A DNA stretch of 11,578 bases from an uncultured Erysipelotrichaceae bacterium. Its GTDB lineage: Bacteria > Bacillota_I > Bacilli_A > Erysipelotrichales > Erysipelotrichaceae. The position numbers and the translations under genes are program-made. The notes below the pieces were generated by a model. The model made no database searches. It had not been told where the DNA came from and worked only from the letters and a program-made list of their open reading frames with translations. Every line of letters begins with the position of its first letter. Position 1 is the first letter of the stretch. The stretch is taken from assembly GCA_964457525.1 (NCBI GenBank), contig CAYWGS010000046.1:1-11578 (forward strand), given 5' to 3'. Shown here in pieces: positions 6,371-11,578 of the stretch.

Positions 6371-6785
6371 CTAAATACTTTTTAGAATAATATTGCATCA
6401 CCGATTTACGTGTAATAATACCCATAAACATTCCACGATCATCAATCACTGGCACAAAGTTTTGATCCATGACTTGAACTAATACTTCTTCCAATTTCGC
6501 ATAGATACGAATTGGTCGATTCCAAGATAATCGAACAATATCTTTCAAGGTATAATCCTCTTGGGTTTCGATATTGTATTCCCCTTTTTGAATCAAATGC
6601 CACAAAAAGTCTCCTTCACTAACAGTCGCAACATATTCTCCTTTATGATTTAATACTGGCATTGCCGCATATCCATAATGTCTCATCTTCTCTAAACATT
6701 GTCGAATCGTATAATCTTCAAATAATGTCACGATCTTTATTTTAGGCGTTAATAAGAATACAATACTCTGCTCAACTTTATCCAT
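6354..6785 (-). CDS. standalone CBS-domain pair protein (CbpB/DarB/YkuL-like size and architecture)
   Basis: 143 aa comprising two CBS motifs (YGYAAMPVLNHKGEYVATVSEGDFL and NFVPVIDDRGMFMGIITRKSVM) and no other domain. Confidence 0.85.
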   Translation of the reverse strand: MDKVEQSIVFLLTPKIKIVTLFEDYTIRQCLEKMRHYGYAAMPVLNHKGEYVATVSEGDFLWHLIQKGEYNIETQEDYTLKDIVRLSWNRPIRIYAKLEEVLVQVMDQNFVPVIDDRGMFMGIITRKSVMQYYSKKYLESPHA

Positions 6786-7077
6786 ACGTTTGTTTACCTC
6801 ATTTATTGGTTATATAGGATTGTTCATCTGAAGATTCATTCTTTTTTTGATCTCAAACCAAAAAACCCACAAATTAAGTGGATGGTTCCTTTAAAATCCT
6901 AAGGGTTTGGATCAGGTTAGGTCCTCGATGATGAATCACTTCATGATCGATGTTGAGGATTATATTATTTCCTGTTTGGAAACGAATGAATTTTTTGTTC
7001 ATGATGATACACTTTCATTTTACACGATTAAATAAAAGTTTAAATAGATTACCAGAATGTTCACACAAGTTTCAAAC
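6786..7077 (-). promoter_or_regulatory. long structured intergenic region, putative 5' leader of the CBS gene (class unassigned)
   Basis: About 290 nt lie between the nitroreductase terminator and the CBS start. The region contains an imperfect ~14-bp hairpin (6922-6959), an alternative pairing of AATCCT 6895-6900 with AGGATT 6956-6961, and a weak hairpin plus U-run (6860-6883) about 75 nt before the start codon. A possible promoter is TTGAAA (7070-7075), 18 nt, TAATCT (7046-7051). Confidence 0.3.
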
Positions 7078-7104
7078 AAGAAAAAAGATATCGTTTGATA
7101 TCTT
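7078..7104 (-). terminator. rho-independent terminator of the nitroreductase gene
   Basis: Minus-strand RNA: AAGAUAUC-AAAC-GAUAUCUU followed by UUUUCUU. The stem is 8 bp perfect (7085-7092 / 7097-7104) and overlaps the stop codon. An A run on the other side makes it potentially bidirectional. Confidence 0.7.
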
Positions 7105-7726
7105 ATTTAAAATAAGTAATGGTATCGATTGGTAGTCTTAATGAATGATAACCAGACTCCATAGCTTTACCAATTGAGATGACTAACATGGGTACATAAC
7201 GATTTCCATCTAGTCCAAATGCTTCAGCTAATCCTTCTTCGACAAATCCTCCAATCGGATTCGTATCATAACCATACGAGCGCGCCACTAACATCAGCTG
7301 CATTCCCACTAATCCACAATCTAATCGAACAACATCATCCATCTTCTCACGACTAAATGATTGGTATGTAGGTAATATGTTATTTACTTGACGATCGCGT
7401 ACTTCTTTTGGCATATGTGCATCTCTGACCGCTTGATCATATATTGTTTCGGTTAATTGATAACACTCCATATCCCCAAAGAGTAAAATCATAGCGCTCG
7501 ATGTATCATTTTGTTTCGTATTGAAACGCATGAATGGTCGTAACTTCTCTTTACCTTCTTCTGATGACACTACAACGAAGCGCCAGGGTTGTAAATTAAC
7601 CGATGATGGTGCTCGTGTCGCATCTTCTAATATCTGCTTCATTTCTTCTTGGCCTATCTTTATGGTTGGATCATACTCACGAATAGAACGTCGATTCAGT
7701 ACAATCGTTTTAAAATCTTGATTCAT
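7103..7726 (-). CDS. NAD(P)H nitroreductase family flavoprotein
   Basis: 207 aa with the family motifs LNRRSIREYD and APSSVNLQPWRFVVV, and a C-terminal GYDTNPIGGF block. Confidence 0.88.
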   Translation of the reverse strand: MNQDFKTIVLNRRSIREYDPTIKIGQEEMKQILEDATRAPSSVNLQPWRFVVVSSEEGKEKLRPFMRFNTKQNDTSSAMILLFGDMECYQLTETIYDQAVRDAHMPKEVRDRQVNNILPTYQSFSREKMDDVVRLDCGLVGMQLMLVARSYGYDTNPIGGFVEEGLAEAFGLDGNRYVPMLVISIGKAMESGYHSLRLPIDTITYFK

Positions 7727-7750
7727 TTTATCCTCACTTTTATCAAGTCT

Positions 7751-7778
7751 ATTATAGTTTTGTCGCTCAATCCTTCAA
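7751..7778 (-). promoter_or_regulatory. candidate promoter of the nitroreductase gene
   Basis: The minus strand reads TTGAAG (7773-7778), a 16-nt spacer, then TATAAT (7751-7756), followed by SD GTGAGGA. Confidence 0.5.
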
Positions 7779-7795
7779 TGAATATGCCCTAATAA

Positions 7796-7823
7796 TGTTA
7801 TTTAGATCAAATCTAGGTATAAT
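7796..7823 (+). promoter_or_regulatory. candidate promoter of the HisJ-family gene
   Basis: Consensus TATAAT at 7818-7823, 24 nt upstream of the start. The -35 is only a weak TGTTAT at 16-nt spacing. Confidence 0.45.
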
Positions 7824-7847
7824 AGACACAACGATTAGGAGAATAAA

Positions 7848-8684
7848 ATGAAAGCCGATTATCATATTCATACGCATTATAGTGATGATTCTAACTATCA
7901 AATGGAAGAAGTTGTTAAGGATGCGATAGACCTCCATCTACAAGAAATCTGTTTTACGGATCATGTGGATTATGGCATTAAACTCGATTGGGATAGTGGT
8001 GAAACCATACAGTATCGTCATGGAATGGCAATTGCGAATGTTAATTACCCTCTCTATGTAGAAGAGATAGAACATCTAAAAGAGAAATACAAAGATAGGA
8101 TAACCATTAAACTTGGACTTGAATTCGGTATTCAAACTCATACCATCCCGAAGTACAACGAATTATTTAATAAGTATCCATTTGATTTCATCATATTATC
8201 AGTCCATCAAGTTGAAGATAAAGAATTCTGGACTCAAGATTTCCAGAAAGATCGTAGTCAAAAAGAATACAATGAACGTTATTACCAAGAGATTCTTGAT
8301 GTGATACAACAGTATAAGAATTATAGTGTCTTAGGACATTTAGACTTAATTGTGAGATATGATCGTCAAGGTGTTTATCCATTCGAAAAGCTTAAACCCA
8401 TTCTTACTGAAATCCTAACAACCGTCATCAAAGATGGTAAAGGGATTGAAATCAATACCTCCAGTCATCGATATGGTTTGAATGATTTAACCCCTTCTAA
8501 AGATATTCTTCGATTATACAAAGACCTAGGTGGACATATCATTACCATTGGTAGTGACACTCATAAGAAGGAACACTTAGCTGAGAGAATCCAAGAGACT
8601 AAGGATATTCTTATTGAACTTGGATATGAAGAATATTGTAGCTATGATCATATGAATCCTATCTTCCATTCACTCAAAGACTAA
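7848..8684 (+). CDS. histidinol-phosphatase, HisJ family (PHP superfamily)
   Basis: 278 aa. It matches motif by motif the order seen in B. subtilis HisJ: DYHIHTHYSDD, ICFTDH, LGLEFG, ILSVH, LGHLDL, IEINTSS, ITIGSDTH. SD AGGAGA upstream. Confidence 0.85.
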   Translation: MKADYHIHTHYSDDSNYQMEEVVKDAIDLHLQEICFTDHVDYGIKLDWDSGETIQYRHGMAIANVNYPLYVEEIEHLKEKYKDRITIKLGLEFGIQTHTIPKYNELFNKYPFDFIILSVHQVEDKEFWTQDFQKDRSQKEYNERYYQEILDVIQQYKNYSVLGHLDLIVRYDRQGVYPFEKLKPILTEILTTVIKDGKGIEINTSSHRYGLNDLTPSKDILRLYKDLGGHIITIGSDTHKKEHLAERIQETKDILIELGYEEYCSYDHMNPIFHSLKD

Positions 8685-8705
8685 AAAAAGGCATGCGCCT
8701 TTTTT
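8683..8705. terminator. bidirectional intrinsic terminator between convergent genes
   Basis: AAAAAAAGGC-ATGC-GCCTTTTTT: a short GC core extended by A/T pairs, with an A run on one side and a T run on the other. It occupies essentially the whole 19-nt gap between the two stop codons. Confidence 0.6.
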
Positions 8706-10419
8706 ATTGAGATACGGTAAATAATGAATAGAAATAACCTTTTTCTACCATTAAATCTTCAAACGATCCAATCTCTTTAATCACTCCAGACTTCAATGTA
8801 ATAATCGCATCACATCGACGTAGAATATATTCATCGAGTGTATGAGTTACCATAACTTTTGTTAATCCATCTAAATCAAGAATTGAATTAGTTACACCAA
8901 ACGCTGTTTCAACATCTAGGGAGGATGTTGCCTCATCGACGAATAATACTGGGGTTTGACGAAGTAAACTACGTGCAATAGAGATTCTTTGTTTCTCACC
9001 ACCCGATAATCCACTTCCATTTTCTCCACAGAGATAATCTTTACCCTTTTGTTCAATGAGAGTCGATAAACCTGATAACTTAATCGCATGATCAATCTCA
9101 GCTTGATCAAACTCACTAAACATGGTGATGTTATCGACGATTGTACTGTTAAATACAAATACATTTTGTTGGATAATCGATACTAAATCATATAAGGATT
9201 CACTGCTGATATCACGAAGTTCCACATCATCATAATAGATATGGCCATTGTATTGACTGTTCGCAGCCATCAGTAGATTTAAGAGTGTTGATTTACCACT
9301 TCCGGATCCCCCTACAATCGCATAACTCTTACCTTTTTCTAACTTTAAATTTATATCATTAAGTATGACTTTCTCTTGATCATAACTGAAAGATACATTT
9401 TCTAATCGGATGCTGTGTTCAAGCTTATTTTCAATGGACTGTCCACTATCACGAACATTATTTGATAAGGCTTCTGCTAGTTTATCAATCAAACCAACTG
9501 CTGCTTTACGATTCGCCAGTAAGCCTGGAACTTCCGCAATCGGTTGGATAACGAAGTTCATAAGATTCACAAACACAAGCACAACCCCTGCTGTTATACC
9601 ACTACCACTAAGGGCTAAGTATGCTCCTACAATAAACACCCCTAATTGAGCCGCAGCACCTGCTGCACCTGCCGCAACCGATATGATCGTATTAAGTTGA
9701 TTACGAGCTTGTTTAGATCCTTCTGCAGATTGATTGGACTGTGCTAACATCTTAATAATTTGTTTCTCTGCTTTAAAACTCTTCACAACCGAGAAACCGC
9801 TTAAACAATCCTTAAGTGTTGCGACATAACTCGCATTACGATCCGATACATTCTTTTCAGCACTCATCAATCGATTTCCCGCTACCAAAGACGCAAGTAA
9901 CGGTAAGAGTGATAGTAATACAGCAGATAAGGTTAAGATGGGACTATACCAAATCATCATCGCAAACGCCCCTACAAACGATAAACTTTGAGATACAAGT
10001 GTAAAGGTATTATTTAAGTAATTCGCTTCGATGTTAGTCGTATCGTTAGATAGAGCCGATAAATAATTGGATGTATTTTCACTGCTAAATGCATTAATTC
10101 CTTTTTTCGTAAGAAGTTCGAACGCATAGTCTTTATATTGACGCATCGCCTTCGCATTGAATTTTGGTTTAGACTGATACATGATCCACCCAATTAATAA
10201 GATGCTTAAGATTAATCCAATGGAAATGAATGTGAGTGTCTGTAAATCAAAGGTATTCCCTGTTCCAGTCATCACATCAATGACTTGTTGAAGTAACCAA
10301 GAAATGCCTAAGTTAACAAGTGACATTCCCATTGTTGCGATAACCGCAAGTACAAAGTTATGTTTATTTTGGTAAAAGAATTGAGCTAATAATTGTTTAC
10401 GATTATTCACCGTTCTCAT
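8704..10419 (-). CDS. ABC transporter, fused permease/ATP-binding protein (type I exporter fold)
   Basis: 571 aa. The N-terminal half has about six hydrophobic helices. The C-terminal NBD carries Walker A GGSGSGKST, a Q-loop, the signature LSGGEKQRISIAR, Walker B VLFVDEATSSLD and an H-loop VTHTL. No N-terminal C39 peptidase domain. SD GGGAGG upstream. Confidence 0.92.
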   Translation of the reverse strand: MRTVNNRKQLLAQFFYQNKHNFVLAVIATMGMSLVNLGISWLLQQVIDVMTGTGNTFDLQTLTFISIGLILSILLIGWIMYQSKPKFNAKAMRQYKDYAFELLTKKGINAFSSENTSNYLSALSNDTTNIEANYLNNTFTLVSQSLSFVGAFAMMIWYSPILTLSAVLLSLLPLLASLVAGNRLMSAEKNVSDRNASYVATLKDCLSGFSVVKSFKAEKQIIKMLAQSNQSAEGSKQARNQLNTIISVAAGAAGAAAQLGVFIVGAYLALSGSGITAGVVLVFVNLMNFVIQPIAEVPGLLANRKAAVGLIDKLAEALSNNVRDSGQSIENKLEHSIRLENVSFSYDQEKVILNDINLKLEKGKSYAIVGGSGSGKSTLLNLLMAANSQYNGHIYYDDVELRDISSESLYDLVSIIQQNVFVFNSTIVDNITMFSEFDQAEIDHAIKLSGLSTLIEQKGKDYLCGENGSGLSGGEKQRISIARSLLRQTPVLFVDEATSSLDVETAFGVTNSILDLDGLTKVMVTHTLDEYILRRCDAIITLKSGVIKEIGSFEDLMVEKGYFYSLFTVSQ

Positions 10420-11497
10420 GACAAATTTCCTCCCACATCCTCATAAGTAATTCTTTATTCTCTTCACTTCCTTCAATCGTTAAGATAACACCGCCCATTG
10501 CAGTCTCCCCTAAATCATCATAGGCAATCGCTGTTGTAGGCGCTGATTCACAGAATCTTAAGTTACGCATTCCATAGTCAGGATGAGCATCAAATAATTT
10601 TGCTAGTGAATATGCTTGTCTTAAATGATCTTTCGCATCCTCAAATCGATTCAATTGAACCGCTAATATTGCACTACCAGCGTTAAAGATTGCGACGAGT
10701 TTTTCAATATACGTTACACTGCGTTCACTGCTCTTAAATCCATTTAGTATTTGTATGAGCCAAGTTAATGCTTCATACGCTTGATTGAATTGTTTCTTTT
10801 GTATGTATGCATTACTGAAACCAAGTATTGTACGTAGTAAGGATTGTAAAATCTCTCCCAAAGATTTAGTAAGATATGGAAATGCAAGTTCAGGTTTCTT
10901 AATATTAACTGCATAGATCATCGCAATCGTCGCATTATTTAATCCACCTGGATTGTGTTTCTTTAATAACGCTAATGCTTCTTCCGATTTACCGATGAAC
11001 ATATAACACTCCGCAATATTGGAATAGATCTCAACTTCACTTATCTCTTCATCGGTATTTTGTGAGAAGAGTTCAATGGAACGATATAGAAGTGAAATTG
11101 CTCTTTCCGTACTCTCTACACTATTCTTTTCCATCCCAAAGAAGGTGAGTATTCTTCCACATCTGAAGTTGACAAGGAAGTTATTTGGATATTTCTGTAA
11201 AGCTTTTTCAACCAACTTCAAGCCTCGATCATAATCTTTGGTTTGTCGATAGGTATCTAACTCATCTAACATTGATGTAAGTGGTTTATTCTGTATTTCA
11301 TATCCAAACAGGACATCAATCGAAGTTTCAAAGAAATCAGCCATCTCAGCAATGAACTGTACATCCGGTGATGAAGATCCTAACTCCCATTTTGATATTG
11401 CCCCTACCGTTACACCAAGCGCTTCCGCTAGATTCTCTTGAGTCAATGATCTTTGTTTGCGTAATCGTCGAATATTTTCTCCTATATTTACTAACAT
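10403..11497 (-). CDS. XRE-family HTH transcriptional regulator with C-terminal TPR-like repeat domain (RRNPP-like architecture)
   Basis: 364 aa. The N-terminal Cro/C1 HTH is IRRLRKQRSLTQENLAEALGVTVGAISKWELGSSSP. The remaining ~290 aa are helical repeats with TPR-like spacing (e.g. YSNIAECYMFIGKSEEALALLKK, FNQAYEALTWLIQIL, FEDAKDHLRQAYSLAKL). SD AAGGAG upstream. Confidence 0.88.
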   Translation of the reverse strand: MLVNIGENIRRLRKQRSLTQENLAEALGVTVGAISKWELGSSSPDVQFIAEMADFFETSIDVLFGYEIQNKPLTSMLDELDTYRQTKDYDRGLKLVEKALQKYPNNFLVNFRCGRILTFFGMEKNSVESTERAISLLYRSIELFSQNTDEEISEVEIYSNIAECYMFIGKSEEALALLKKHNPGGLNNATIAMIYAVNIKKPELAFPYLTKSLGEILQSLLRTILGFSNAYIQKKQFNQAYEALTWLIQILNGFKSSERSVTYIEKLVAIFNAGSAILAVQLNRFEDAKDHLRQAYSLAKLFDAHPDYGMRNLRFCESAPTTAIAYDDLGETAMGGVILTIEGSEENKELLMRMWEEICHENGE

Positions 11498-11519
11498 GTT
11501 TATCTCCTTTTGGAATATA

Positions 11520-11548
11520 TCTATAGTTTAAACCTACATTTCCCTCAA
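11520..11548 (-). promoter_or_regulatory. candidate promoter of the regulator-ABC operon
   Basis: The minus strand reads TTGAGG (11543-11548), a 17-nt spacer, then TATAGA (11520-11525), about 20 nt upstream of the SD. Confidence 0.35.
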
Positions 11549-11578
11549 TAAAAGATACAATTTATACTATTTGTATAT

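Noticed and set aside
6907-6915. Minus-strand AACCUGAUC matches 9 nt of the TPP riboswitch (THI-box) core
   Set aside because: The obligatory upstream CUGAGA element and the downstream UGGAUAAUGCCAGCG are missing, so this is an isolated 9-mer match.
6893-6930. Plus-strand CTAAGGGTTTGG...GGTCCTCGATG resembles the 5' part of the ykkC (guanidine-I) riboswitch consensus (CUAGGGUUCCG...GGUCCGAGAG)
   Set aside because: The conserved 3' half (ACGG...GGGA..AAAGCCCGGGAG) is absent. No plus-strand gene follows, and the similarity is short and imperfect.
6950-7135. 61-aa plus-strand ORF in the long intergenic region
   Set aside because: It has no SD and a low-complexity Phe/Lys/Ile-rich sequence. It runs through the nitroreductase terminator hairpin and into the 3' end of that gene, so it is most likely chance in AT-rich DNA.
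7521-7721. 66-aa plus-strand ORF antisense to the nitroreductase gene
   Set aside because: It is an antisense shadow with no SD and no motifs.
8113-8382. Two 63-aa ORFs (plus and minus) inside the HisJ-family gene
   Set aside because: They are out-of-frame or antisense to a CDS with a complete PHP motif series. Neither has translation signals.
8916-10004. ORFs 8916..9164 (-), 9410..9649 (+) and 9816..10004 (+) inside the ABC transporter gene
   Set aside because: They are alternative-frame or antisense shadows of a CDS whose Walker A, signature and Walker B motifs are all in the annotated frame.
1-11578. Search for mobile-element signatures next to the tRNA cluster (integrase, transposase, att-like direct repeats of tRNA 3' ends) and for CRISPR-like spaced repeats
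   Set aside because: No integrase- or transposase-like ORF was seen, nor any duplicated tRNA 3' segment or regularly spaced repeat. Composition looks uniform by eye across the window.

Overview
AT-rich, Firmicutes-style chromosomal window, densely coding and mostly on the minus strand. No rRNA, CRISPR array, transposase, integrase or long repeat was seen. Positions 1-534 hold the promoter-proximal part of a minus-strand tRNA operon (Val-Thr-Tyr-Gln-Lys-Gly, all with encoded CCA; Gly is cut by the window edge), driven by a near-consensus sigma-A promoter. Going rightwards: (i) a small multi-pass membrane protein translationally coupled (ATGA) to alanine racemase; (ii) a tightly coupled four-gene minus-strand cassette of alpha/beta hydrolase, PHP phosphoesterase, a P-loop protein with a non-canonical Walker A, and a DUF5131 (Gp37/Gp68-family, Cys-motif) protein; (iii) a glutathione peroxidase-ohrR bicistron behind a perfect 22-bp palindromic operator; (iv) a standalone CBS-pair protein preceded by an unusually long, structured 317-bp intergenic region; (v) a nitroreductase divergent from a HisJ-family PHP phosphatase; (vi) an XRE-HTH + TPR regulator (RRNPP-like architecture) whose 3' end overlaps an ABC exporter gene by 17 nt. 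The best candidates for something undescribed are the DUF5131 cassette, the HTH-TPR/ABC pair and the structured leader upstream of the CBS gene. All functional links are inferred from motifs and gene arrangement only; no database search was possible.
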